Source: Syncephalis fuscata S228
Taxonomy: Eukaryota; Fungi; Zoopagomycota
Length of the DNA stretch: 64,000 bases
Assembly: GCA_025786725.1 (NCBI GenBank)
Contig: JAHLTZ010000001.1
Location: forward strand, 868,001 to 932,000
Direction of reading: 5' to 3'
In this document: positions 51,255 to 63,837 of the stretch, piece after piece
Numbering within the stretch: position 1 is the first letter of the stretch
How the letters are laid out: every line of letters begins with the position of its first letter
Notes under the pieces: model-generated
Told to the model about the DNA's origin: nothing
Databases searched by the model: none
Seen by the model: only the letters and a program-made list of their open reading frames with translations
Position numbers and translations under genes: made by a program

Positions 51255-51810
51255 GACCATATGCTGCCAAATCTGTTGTATGCTTTGGTTTGCCATAGAT
51301 TGTCACTGCAGATCGTACTAACAATAGTTTGTACAGTCTCAGTAGTAACAGACTGTACCACTACTGTTGAGATTGCACATACTTTTATTAGATGGCTTGC
51401 AATTGCAATCTGTAGTAAAAGCAAGTCAAAGATACACTTACCTTGCCAAAAAAACTGTTAATACTGATGATCAGAGTAAATAAGGTAATTACAAAAACAA
51501 TGCAAGAGAGTAATGTAAATAATGTTTGTACTTGACTATTAGTCAGCCAACTAATGGCACTATCTATATAGTATATATAGAGTGTACAAGTATATGCAAT
51601 GGATATATGTTGTCAAGTGTAAAGAAAGAGAAAGAGAGATGTGATGACGTAGATTGTGAGATGTGATCCCTGTCAGTCAATATTTATAAACAGCCAAGTT
51701 TAATTCATTGATAAATGGAGTGTAAATAATAAAAGTCAATCTACCCAACATGTCGGTACATCATAGAACAACAAGTGAAGCAATAGTGCATTAAGAATAA
51801 AGGTCATTTA
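51255..51810. repeat. Dispersed repeat, copy 2
   Basis: Shares cagatcgtact, gtcaagtgtaaagaaagagaaag..tgatgacgtagatt and other blocks with 37850-38300. 51711-51810 is a near-identical reverse complement of 63899-64000. Confidence 0.75.
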
Positions 51811-52211
51811 ATCATTAAACATAAGTTAATTTAAAAGTAAATAAATGATAATTGTATGCAAAATAATGTTTATTTTGTTAATAAATAAAATAATTTATAT
51901 ACTAGCTGTTCGCTTAGTATTAATACCACTAATATTGATAATTTCAATATATTAATAGTTTAGATGATAACAATTTATATTAGCATGCTTCATATGATGA
52001 AGGATTTGGTGATATATTTTAACCAGTAGTTAATCATTTGCCGTCTAGTTGGATATGTGATAGGAATATTGTTAGACAAAATTTTATTATAATAATTATC
52101 ATTATTATTTTTTAATATAGTATTACATAATATCAACAGCTCATATTTTAAAAATGTGACTACAATGACAACTATTTCTTCATATTAAACACAAACTAAA
52201 GTGCATTAAAT

Positions 52212-53322
52212 CTAAAGATTAAGTGCAGACATACCATCGGCATCGTAGCGATCGCCTACAACATTAATGCCTTCAATACATCCACGCAGCTCCTTGTCGT
52301 CTTCATCAGTTATTACAACGTTGTTGGCACCAAGATTTTCTTCCAGATACTTGACACGCTTAGTGCCAGGAATAACAAAGATGCCATTCCATTGTTTTAG
52401 CACCCATGCTAAACATAGTTGACCGGCAGTGCATCCTTTCTTCTCACCAATGCGACGGAATGCATCAACAAGTGCCAGGTTTTTTTCAATAGCTTCTTTT
52501 TCAAAACGTGGAATATAATGACGACGATCACCAGGAGGAATATCATCTACTGTACGAACTTTTCCGGTCAGAAAGCCTCGGCCAAGTGGTGCGTATGCAA
52601 CTAGTGCTATATTGAGCTCTTTACAGGCATCAAGTAGTCCATTTGTTTCAATGTCACGAGTCCATGGGCTATATTCGACTTGCACGGCTGCAATGGGATG
52701 AACCTTATGGGCACGACGTAGCGTTTCGGCCGAGCATTCTGACAGGCCAATGTACTTCACCTTGCCTTCACGTACAAGCTCGGCCATAGCACCAACCGAC
52801 GTTTCAATTGGCACATTGGGGTCAACACGGTGCTGGTAATACAAATCAATGCAGTCCACACCAAGACGAGCAAGACTTTCTTCACAGCATTGGCGGATAT
52901 AGCTTGGTTCGGCACAGATAGTAAACTTGGTCCCAGAAAAGTCATGGAAGCCAAATTTTGTACAAATAAACACTTGATCACGATGTTTTTTTAACACATG
53001 TGAAATCAATTTTTCGTTATGACCAAAGCCATAAAGATTCTAGTATAAATAATTAGTATTTTTATAATAATTGTAGTTAATAATTACTTACAGCAGTGTC
53101 CCACAAAATACATCCATCTTCAACTGCACGAGTAAGTGTGGCCAGAGCTGATGTTATATCTGCATTGTCTTCGTCAATAAGTATGTCTTTTGGGGACACA
53201 TTAGCCAATGTAGCTTTGTTTCCATAAAAACCGGGCGACATGCCCATACATCCTAGACCGATAGCTGGTAATATTGGGCCATTTTGGCCAAGCTGGCGCT
53301 TAACGATATTGAAAGAAGACAT
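52212..53322 (-). CDS. Aldo-keto reductase copy B (intron 53091-53040)
   Basis: Intact ORF after splicing. Catalytic D (WDTA), Y (NLYG), K (CTKF) and H (YQHR) are present. Confidence 0.95.
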
Positions 53323-53971
53323 GTTGGGTAGATACTATGGAATGTGTGACACTGGACCGATAATTGTAATGTGGATAATTGCAGCAATTTGCGGTTCTAT
53401 TTAAATGCTATAGCACGTCGCAACAAACCGGTAAAACCATTAATTACTAATTCATATATTAGTAATCAATGGTACATAAAAGCAAGCAATGTTTGACATA
53501 ATTAGACAAATACAAGAATTCGGCAAACCCATTACGTAGTATAGCGTTTAAGAATGGACTGTTTTTCTAACACATGAGTCATATCTTATTGTTTGAATCG
53601 GTTTTACCACATTTATTAAACAAGTCAGTGTCTGAGTTATAGCGCTTTAAACTGTACACACGTTTTGCCGCCTTTGGTGGGTAAAATAATGATTGGGGGT
53701 AACATTGATGCTAGTTTATTTCGTGTAACTGCTTAAGCTACAGCAATTGCTATTTGGTTTAAAGCCATATAGGTAGGACAAATAAGCATGTTTCTATTGA
53801 GATTAAACATTTTGAGTAGCTTTATTAAAGGTAATAAGCTAGTTAACAACACATTTACAACTTATCTCCAAATCCAAATAAAATTACTAGTGCGCTGTTG
53901 TGTTTTTAAACCCGTACATTTGTAATAATAATGATAATGTACAATATTTAATCAATAGCATAATAGTAATA
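53323..53971 (-). promoter_or_regulatory. Upstream region of AKR-B, duplicated in inverted orientation at 56143-56791
   Basis: About 650 bp of near-identical reverse complement; I noticed only one substitution. Confidence 0.85.
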
Positions 53972-54275
53972 AAGTATAGCAAATACAATTTACGGTTTAG
54001 AACGCAGCAGCGTGCAAGTTTTATATAATAATTTACCTTAGAGCATAAGCATTAAAGCACTATCTAATGGTGCAATACTGAGTTTTCATGCTAAAAAATA
54101 TGCCAAGCTTTATTTGCTATTATGCCTCATGAATTATTGGTTCATGTGCTATTTCATGTGACTTTACCGGTTTGTTGCGACGTGCTATAGCATTTAAATA
54201 GAACCGCAAATTGCTGCAATTATCCACATTACAATTATCGGTCCAGTGTCACACATTCCATAGTATCTACCCAAC

Positions 54276-55386
54276 ATGTCTTCTTTCAATATCGTTAAGC
54301 GCCAGCTTGGCCAAAATGGCCCAATATTACCAGCTATCGGTCTAGGATGTATGGGCATGTCGCCCGGTTTTTATGGGGATAACGCTGCATTGGGCAATAT
54401 GTCCCCAAAAGACTTACCAATTGACAAAGCCAATGCAGATATAGCATCAGGTCTAGCCACACTTACTTGTGCAGTTGAAGATGGATGTATTTTGTGGGAC
54501 ACTGCTGTAAGTAATTATTAATTACAATTATTATAAAAATACTAATTATTTATACTAGAATCTTTATGGCTTCGGTCATAACGAAAGACTAATTTCACAT
54601 GTGTTAAAAAAGCATCGTGATCAAGTGTTTATTTGTACAAAATTTGGCTTCCGTGAATTTGTTGAAACTAAGTTTACTATCTGTGCCGAACCAAGCTATA
54701 TCCGCCAGTGCTGTGAAGAAAGTCTTGCTCGTCTTGGTGTGGACTGCATTGATTTGTATTACCAGCACCGTGTTGACCCCAATGTGCCAATCGAAACGTC
54801 GGTTGGTGCTATGGCCGAGCTTGTACGTGAAGGCAAGGTGAAGTACATTGGCCTGTCAGAATGCTCGGCCGAAACGCTACGTCGTGCCCATAAGGTTCAT
54901 CCCATTGCAGCCGTGCAAGTCGAATATAGCCCATGGACTCGTGACATTGAAACAAATGGACTACTTGATGCCTGTAAAGAGCTCAATATAGCACTAGTTG
55001 CATACGCACCACTTGGCCGAGGCTTCTTGACCGGCAATATCCGTACCGTGGATGATCTACCAGCAAGTGATTGGCGACATTATAATCCTCGTTTCCAAGA
55101 AGAGGCATTGGCTAAGAACTTGGCACTCGTTGATGCATTAAACCGTATTGGCAAGAAGAAAGGATGCACTGCCGGTCAATTGTGTTTAGCATGGGTGCTA
55201 AAACAATGGAATGGCATCTTTGTTATTCCTGGCACTAAGCGTGTCAAGTATCTGGAAGAAAATCTTGGTGCCAACAATGTTGTAATAACTGATGAAGACG
55301 ACAAGGAGCTGCGTGGATGTATTGAAGGCATTAATGTTGTAGGCGATCGCTACGATGCCGATGGTATGTCTGCACTTAATCTTTAG
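54276..55386 (+). CDS. Aldo-keto reductase copy C (intron 54507-54558)
   Basis: Intact ORF after splicing, catalytic tetrad present. Confidence 0.95.
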
Positions 55387-56142
55387 ATTTAATGCACTTT
55401 AGTTTGTGTTTAATATGAAGAAATAGTTGTCATTGTAGTCACATTTTTAAAATATGAGCTGTTGATATCATATAGTATTATGTTAACAAATAACACTAGC
55501 AGTGATAAATGTCGGATGAGATTTTTGTTTGCCAATCTTTTTATTACAAATTTAACTAGTCATCATGTTTAATCATTGTTCGTCAATATATCATTAATTT
55601 ATTTATTATATAAATAATAATATGCGCTATAACAACACAATTATATAATTTTTTGTAACAAGTGGTAACAGCTTTCTTGTTACAATAAACCAAATGTTAG
55701 AAGTACGATAATATTAGTTACATCACCTTTATTCCATTTACATAAATAATAGTGGTATGTACCCGATAATCCCTGACGATTCCTTAATTATTTCCTGACA
55801 TGGAAATAACGCATTTAACGTGTTAACATAATACATTTACTAATATCTCGACTATGAGATGGTTAATAATATACACACTGATTAAAGGATTATTATCTAT
55901 TATATTCACTATATTGTATTCACGGTTGTTACAATTTTTGTCATCAGTGTCATTAGCATATTGATACTAGTAATATTATTACTATTATTACTATTTTTCA
56001 GCTTAATATACAAGCCAATGTATTTTATTAACACCAGATAAGCGTCTACAATCATTTATTATTTGTTATGTTTAGTTTTCAAGCACAATATTATATAACT
56101 GCACTATTATGCCCAAAACGTAGTAACTTTAGTGATAATTAC

Positions 56143-56791
56143 TATTACTATTATGCTATTGATTAAATATTGTACATTATCATTATTATTACAAATGTAC
56201 GGGTTTAAAAACACAACAGCGCACTAGTAATTTTATTTGGATTTGGAGATAAGTTGTAAATGTGTTGTTAACTAGCTTATTACCTTTAATAAAGCTACTC
56301 AAAATGTTTAATCTCAATAGAAACATGCTTATTTGTCCTACCTATATGGCTTTAAACCAAATAGCAATTGCTGTAGCTTAAGCAGTTACACGAAATAAAC
56401 TAGCATCAATGTTACCCCCAATCATTATTTTACCCACCAAAGGCGGCAAAACGTGTGTACAGTTTAAAGCGCTATAACTCAGGCACTGACTTGTTTAATA
56501 AATGTGGTAAAACCGATTCAAACAATAAGATATGACTCATGTGTTAGAAAAACAGTCCATTCTTAAACGCTATACTACGTAATGGGTTTGCCGAATTCTT
56601 GTATTTGTCTAATTATGTCAAACATTGCTTGCTTTTATGTACCATTGATTACTAATATATGAATTAGTAATTAATGGTTTTACCGGTTTGTTGCGACGTG
56701 CTATAGCATTTAAATAGAACCGCAAATTGCTGCAATTATCCACATTACAATTATCGGTCCAGTGTCACACATTCCATAGTATCTACCCAAC
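56143..56791 (+). promoter_or_regulatory. Upstream region of AKR-D, inverted duplicate of 53323-53971
   Basis: Direct sequence comparison. Confidence 0.85.
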
Positions 56792-57901
56792 ATGTCTTCT
56801 TTCAATATCGTTAAGCGCCAGCTTGGCCAAAATGGCCCAATATTACCAGCTATCGGTCTAGGATGTATGGGCATGTCGCCCGGTATCTACGGAAACAACA
56901 CTGCATTGGCCAATGTATCATTAGCAGATTTACCAGTCGACGTAAACGACGAAACCACTGCATCGGCTCTGGCCACGCTTACTCGCGCATTTGAAGCTGG
57001 ATGTACCTTTTGGGATACGGCCGTGAGTAATATAACTTATATACGTCACAATGGTACTAATTATCTACACTAGAATGCATATGGTTCTGGTCATAACGAA
57101 AAATTGATTTCACATGTGTTAAAAAAGCATCGTGATCAAGTGTTTATTTGTACAAAGTTTGCCATTCGCATGTATCCTGATGGCCGCCGTGCTGTATGTG
57201 CCGAACCAAGTTATATCCGCCAGTGCTGTGAAGAAAGTCTTGCTCGTCTTGGTGTGGACTGCATTGATTTGTATTACCAGCACCGTGTTGACCCCAATGT
57301 GCCAATTGAAACGTCGGTTGGTGCTATGGCCGAGCTTGTACGTGAAGGCAAGGTGAAGTACATTGGCCTGTCAGAATGCTCGGCCGAAACGCTACGTCGT
57401 GCCCATAAGGTTCATCCCATTGCAGCCGTGCAAGTCGAATATAGCCCATGGACTCGTGACATTGAAACAAATGGACTACTTGATGCCTGTAAAGAGCTCA
57501 ATATAGCACTAGTTGCATACGCACCACTTGGCCGAGGCTTTCTGACCGGCAATATTCGTACGGTAGATGATCTGCCAGCAGGCGACTGGCGTCGCCAAAA
57601 TCCTCGTTTCCAAGAAGAGGCATTGGCTAAGAACTTGGCACTCGTTGATGCATTCCGTCGCATTGGTGAGAAGAAAGGATGCACTGCCGGTCAATTGTGT
57701 TTAGCATGGGTGCTAAAACAATGGGATGGCATCTTTGTTATTCCTGGCACTAAGCGTGTCAAGTATCTGGAAGAAAATCTTGGTGCCAACAACGTTGTAA
57801 TAACTGATGAAGATGACAAGGAGCTGCGTGAATATATCGAAGACATTGGTGTTTTAGGTGATCGCTACGATGCTAATGGTATGTCCTCAGTTAATCTTTA
57901 A
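56792..57901 (+). CDS. Aldo-keto reductase copy D (intron 57023-57073)
   Basis: Intact ORF after splicing, catalytic tetrad present. Confidence 0.95.
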
Positions 57902-59030
57902 AAATATTGCGCTGCGGCCTTATGCAATATAAATAAACAGCTTTGTCGTTATAATCATAATGCCTAAATATGAAGCATCAATAGCATTAAATCTGATACT
58001 AATAAACAACATTAACAATGATAACAATAACCATTTTAACAATGATTGCGTTGACACTATTTTGTGTATGATTAATAGCTATTTATTTAATTACAGATCA
58101 CCTTTTTACTCATCATGATATTTTGACTAGTGATTTTGCTTTTTGAATTTCATCGCATAATGTACCTTTTGACTAATTTACCAAAACATTGCTTAATGTT
58201 AAAATATAGCTAAACTCACGGAATTAATTGAATTTTGAAGCACGGAAATATGTGTTTGCATTTACTTAAAAGTGACGTTTGAAGTAACAAGTATGATAGC
58301 TGATTATATATTTTTAAACTTTTGCTAGTGAATAATTGTTTTAACGCGGTATACAAAAGTAACTAAAATATATTAATAATTAAAATAGTTTTTGAATGCT
58401 TATAGCACATATGTTGCAACATCCTTGTATGTATTACACAAACAAAGGATGCAATAAAACAAAAACTTAAAGGGATACTAAAATAATAAAACGTTTTGAT
58501 TGTCGCATAATATATTTAAATAAATGTACTCAGTACACACAGATTAGTAATGCTAATTGATGGCACATAAATATCACAATGCATTCTGCATTGAATGAAT
58601 GGGTTATGTACAAATGGTTTGTTTATAATAATTTAAACAAAGCAGTGGTTGTTTTATTTTAGAGCATCTATATAGGTACACAATGGACATTGTGTTATTG
58701 GTTTTAAAACACTAGTGCAGGTTAATGCACAAGTAACGTTGTTTGTGTATCATATTATTTTAATTCATTGTCACAAAATTCTACTTTCTTTAGTGCTACA
58801 TTTATAACAACGTTCAGCTAATTACCAATTGTATATAAAAGAACCAAATTTACACTTATGGAGCTGTCAACTCATTATCTTAACATCAATCTTTAGAGCC
58901 ATTCTCAATATCTTTCGCGCTACAGGAACACTTATCACAGCCGGTCTGGTAAGCCATTTTACAAATGATAGTACTAAATTAAATATCATGTTGCTGTTTA
59001 TTATAGTTTAAGTTTTTAGAACATTTTATT

Positions 59031-59531
59031 ATGAAGACATACATTCTCATTGCCACGTTCGCCCTTCTGGCCACCAACAGCCACAAGGCTGAATCGCTTG
59101 CCCTGTTCAAGGCACGACTAGACCCAATAAGAATGCTTTGTGATGTCAACGAGTACCGTGCTAAAAATGGCAGGAAGCCGCTAGGACTAGATGCCGATCT
59201 GAGCCGTTCAGCTACAAGACATAGCCAAATACAAGCTCAGCAAAACAAAATGAGTCACCACCTTCCTGGAGAACCTGACCTTGGTGGACGCATTAAAGCT
59301 TTAAAAGGAAGCTGGCTGGCATCAGCAGAGAATGTACATCAGGTAAAGGGCACTCAGCAAAAGGCCATGGAGGACTGGATTAAGTCTGATGGACACCGTA
59401 GAAATTTGCTTTCCGACGCTTACACACATGCCGGATTTGGTATGGTAGTCAGCAAGCAAGGTACACCATATTGGACTCAAGTGTTCAGCAACGATCCTAA
59501 AAAGAAACAGATTATTCCAAAGTGCAAATAA
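59031..59531 (+). CDS. Secreted CAP/SCP (PR-1 superfamily) protein, short bacterial-style domain
   Basis: Signal peptide, then VNEYRAKNGRKPL, HS..Q....MSH, AENV, WIKSDGHRRNLL, AGFG and YWTQVF. A probable 5'UTR intron lies at ~58949-59007. Confidence 0.9.
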   Translation: MKTYILIATFALLATNSHKAESLALFKARLDPIRMLCDVNEYRAKNGRKPLGLDADLSRSATRHSQIQAQQNKMSHHLPGEPDLGGRIKALKGSWLASAENVHQVKGTQQKAMEDWIKSDGHRRNLLSDAYTHAGFGMVVSKQGTPYWTQVFSNDPKKKQIIPKCK

Positions 59532-61492
59532 GCCATTAGAAAGCATTCGAATAAAGTGACTTTGACAACGTATATGTTTATTGTAATTCTTATTCATGGC
59601 TGTTCTACAAATGAACTTGTAAAATCATGCAATACAATAGCCATAAATAGTTATTTCTAGTATACATTATTGTACTTAATATCTACAGTAGAATCATTGT
59701 CCTTAAAACAAGCTAATAGTATAATTACTTTATCAACAACGACACCATTAACAATGATTTGTGTAGGATAACATTATAACGATCATTGTCCTTCAATCGT
59801 CAGATTTTACAGTAACACAAACGTGAATTTACTGCATGCATCAACCATAGCTATATTTGGTTTGTCAATTAACTCACTTGCATTGCTTGCACAAATACCC
59901 AAGTAAGCTAGTAGCCTGATATGAATTGATTGCGCTGGAAACGTACTCAAAACGAGATTAGGTATAAAATACCGCAAACCAGTTTTCCATGTGATTATTT
60001 ACTCCATAGTGAACGTGGGTGTAGTTGCATGTGGTCTTCGCCAACATATTCAAAACTGCAGGACGCTATACAACCAATTTTCATCGGTCACGCTCGCTGT
60101 ATTCACGTTGTCGCACACGCGCTTTCTCTTTTTCTCCCTTTCCTTCAAGGATACACAAAAAACCGAGACTGGCAATTGGCCAACATCCTTGGATCCGGTG
60201 ACATCTGCATTACAATAAACTGGTCAACAACACTGGCATTGCAATTCTTTCCTATTTTCAACACTTTACTCTCCTTCTTCTCCATAAGAACGAAGCGCCA
60301 CAAGCCCATTAGCGCTACCGTTAAAGTGTCGTGCTGTACACGAACCCCACACAAACACTTTCCGTATTCATTTCGTTGATTATTCGTTTCTGCGTTCCTT
60401 TTTCCTTTTTCCTCTAAGCCAACTAACATTATTTCCCTAATACGTTTGCTAATATTTTGCCACTCAGGTTTATTAATTACTGTTTAGCAGTATTGATGCA
60501 ATTGTTCCCGTTCCATTTGCTTTTCTTTATTTACTTCAGCCGCGATACATACGTATTACCTTACTATCAACTCCGCCCAACTCCGCATCTCTGATTAAAT
60601 ATCATTTTCACTTCGCACTTGTTTATTAACAACAAAACAAAACCGTGTAAATCTTTGTATTTTACCATACCACCTTTGTCGCCGTTATTGGTATTACTGC
60701 CATCCGTATCGTCAACACTATTGTGATTCAACAGTACACTGCATATCTTGGCTATCTATTTATAGCAAAACACCACACTACTCCTCGTGTGTCAGTGGCT
60801 CACGCCTATTAAAAGACGAGAGGATTAGTAATTTGTGGTAGAATAATATCGTCTCGTTGTGCTCTTGGCGCCTTTGGAGCATTTGCACGCGAAACCTTGA
60901 CTGGATTCAAGTATAATTTTACATTATTTAGCGTGCTTAACTTTTAAGTATCTCCAGCCTCCTTTGGTTTGCCCTTGGCCTTCGGCGCTATCTTTTTCCA
61001 TCACATCCAACTATCATCCGCTTCTGACGTATTAGCATCGTCACCTATCCTATAAGCCTTCCTTCCTTGCCACTTCCATTCTTTTTTACTGCTGTGATAC
61101 CTTTCAGTTCCCGTTTAGTTTATCCGTATACTTATTTACTCCCTCATTCGCTCGCTCGCTCACTCTATATATATCCATCTATTCATCTTTCTCTCCCTTG
61201 TTACTTTTGACGTCACCCCTCACAAATCCATCACGTGGAGTTGCACTTCCAATTGGTATTGTTGTTATAGCTACAATTATAACTTTTGTCTGCACCTCGC
61301 TTATACGTTTCACCGAGTGAACGTGCGCTGTAAAAACGCAGCAACCTTACTGTCATTATTCTGTCATCATATCCACAGTGTAGCCAGCTTCTTTTGGGCA
61401 ATCCACTATATTAGTTTGTGTTTATTCATTTGTTCCATATTACTATATTTGTATACTCCGTCTCATTTCTGCTAAAAATTTATTTGGGCACG

Positions 61493-63375
61493 ATGGCACC
61501 ACTTTCGGGCACGCTTTCAGCTGCTCGTCTTTTTTCTACGCGTTCGCGTCGTCGCAGTCGAGCAAATATCAACTCGACCGACAATAACAATATCACCTCT
61601 GCCCCTTCAACCCCTCTCATGCCCACACGCACCACAGGCAGCACCGAGTCGTTGCCACCGCTAACTACATCGTCATCCTTTGTCCCCACCGGTGAAACGA
61701 TGCAGCGCGCGGCCGGTCTATTTCTGAGGGAAGGTTCCGGCTTCCCATTTCCCTATTTGGTAGCAGCAGTAAAGGCTCGCACCAAAGACAAATCAGTCGC
61801 GATTCTGGTAATTTATCTGCTAGCTCCTACCTTTCAATGTCGGCATCAAGCAGTCATAGTAAAGGACAATCGTCGGCCCGTAAAAACAAATCCGGATTTG
61901 TCCTTGAAGCTGATACTGGCCTGACTGCCACAACTCTTATTAATGTCGAGCAGCAATGTGCACTTTACGATCGACCAAAAAATCAATCGTCGACCATTAT
62001 TGCCGACATCGACAAGTCTGAATACGCTTCTTCCTTCAAAATGATGACCAGCCATACCTTGCCAATGCCTCTTTCAGCCCATCGTGAAAGCTTACCCTCT
62101 ATCGAGCTGTATGACTACAGCCAGAAAACCAAGCCGATTAAAACTAGTCTACGGATCAATAATCGGCCGGCACCTATCGCCATTCCTGCAAAATCATCCA
62201 CTAGTTCCGATGCTATGGATAGTGCTGTTTTTAGCGCTAATACCGCTAAGGAAAGCGGTTTTCCTGCGCATTTGACCTATTCGCCACACTTTCAGCATCG
62301 TCGTGGATCTGATTCATTTTTATTTGATATGCCCTTGCGGGCCGGCCCTAGCGGCTATCCGTGGAATAGCAACACACCTCAGCCGGAGGCTGCAATGATG
62401 TCGCGCGATCCGCGTCGTCACGGAAGTGAACGGCCTTATCTTAGTAAGAGCCGTGTCACCATTGATACTCAACCACTTGGCAGCGCTAGTGCAACCAATA
62501 GTGCGCCACTCCAGCAACGTCATTCAGTTGTTGCTGTAGCTGGACGTTTTGCTACTCCAGCCGTCCCTGCCTTGCTTGCTGCCTATGATTCGACAGCCAA
62601 CCCAACTGACATGTGTCAGAATAACGACACATTGTTGCCACCTACCTCACCTGATATTTTGGGCACTTCGCCGCCAGGTGTACACGCATGGCGACGTCGT
62701 CGTTCTTTAACACCAGGCCCGATCAACACTCACATTAGCCCATCGGTATCAAACACGGCACCATTATCGTCGCAGTATCCTTCATCGGCAAATAAAATGC
62801 ACGGAAATGATTCTACAAATCAGATCCGGCCTCGTTTAGAGCTTTGGGAGGCACGTCGTGAATTACGTGCCATGGGAGGTCTTGATGAACTGCTTGCTCA
62901 GCCAGACGCAACGGTAAAGTGCACACTTACTCCAGTTGTGTGCCGTGATCCATACCGTATATCGCCGCTAAACTTGCGTGTCGAAGAAGAAGAAGAAGAG
63001 GACGAGGAGGAAAATGGCGACAACGACGAAGGAGTAGAAGGAGAAGGCATCTTTTTTGTTGACGGTGAAGATGCACTGCCTATGAAGCCCATCACTAGCT
63101 CTACAGGGTTACCGTGGAGCCATAGCTGGGAACATCAGCATAAAAATAATAGTTGGACTCATGGCCAACAAGATGGTGCAATTTCACGTAGCTATTCGGC
63201 GATCCCTCGTGCCATCGCTATGGAAAAGTCGGCTACTCTACCCCGTGCCGCAACATCTAATAGTTTACTTTGTGAAGAAGATGAATTAAGCAGCTTTAAT
63301 GCACTTTTACAAATTTCTTTAAAACCAACCAATATTCTTACTAATAATATCAGTATTAATAATAACGGGCTATAA
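61493..63375 (+). CDS. Uncharacterised, largely disordered Ser/Pro-rich protein; the two overlapping ORFs are probably one gene with a 1-nt deletion near 61695
   Basis: MAPLSG... from ATG 61493. The downstream frame is open from just after the TGA at 61693 to 63375 (AARGRSISEGRFRLPISLFGSSSKG...). Contains RRxS motifs and an acidic tract. Confidence 0.65.
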
Positions 63376-63837
63376 TCAACCAACAACTAATAATATAGTT
63401 CTAATAGGTTTGATTTATGTCATTAATATTTTTTAATAATGCGCGTAGCCATTGCCTTTGTGGCTTTGCGCAACAGCCATTAGCATCACATTTTTACCAA
63501 TATTTGCGCACTTTATGCTTGATTCACTTTCACCAAACATTTGATAATGATTTTTATAGCTTTGCTTTTTTGCTGATTATCTTAAAATTAGCAACTTGAA
63601 ACACTTATTTGTTTGTTATTTATGGTTAATTTTATTATTACACAATTTAAATACTAGTTTATATAAAATAATTAATAAAATAATAGTTATTTTTATATTA
63701 TAAACTATTATTAAAGCAATCATTACCATAGCTGCTACCACAGTTGTTAGTTAAAATACGTAGTACTGCTTCATTGATTACTGATAGGTTCCGTAATTAC
63801 ACTTGTTTTTAAAGTAAATTTAGTAAATTTACTTAAT

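Noticed and set aside
59930-60429. 149-aa and overlapping ORFs upstream of the last gene
   Set aside because: Non-ATG starts, no motifs and pyrimidine-rich promoter/leader-like composition.
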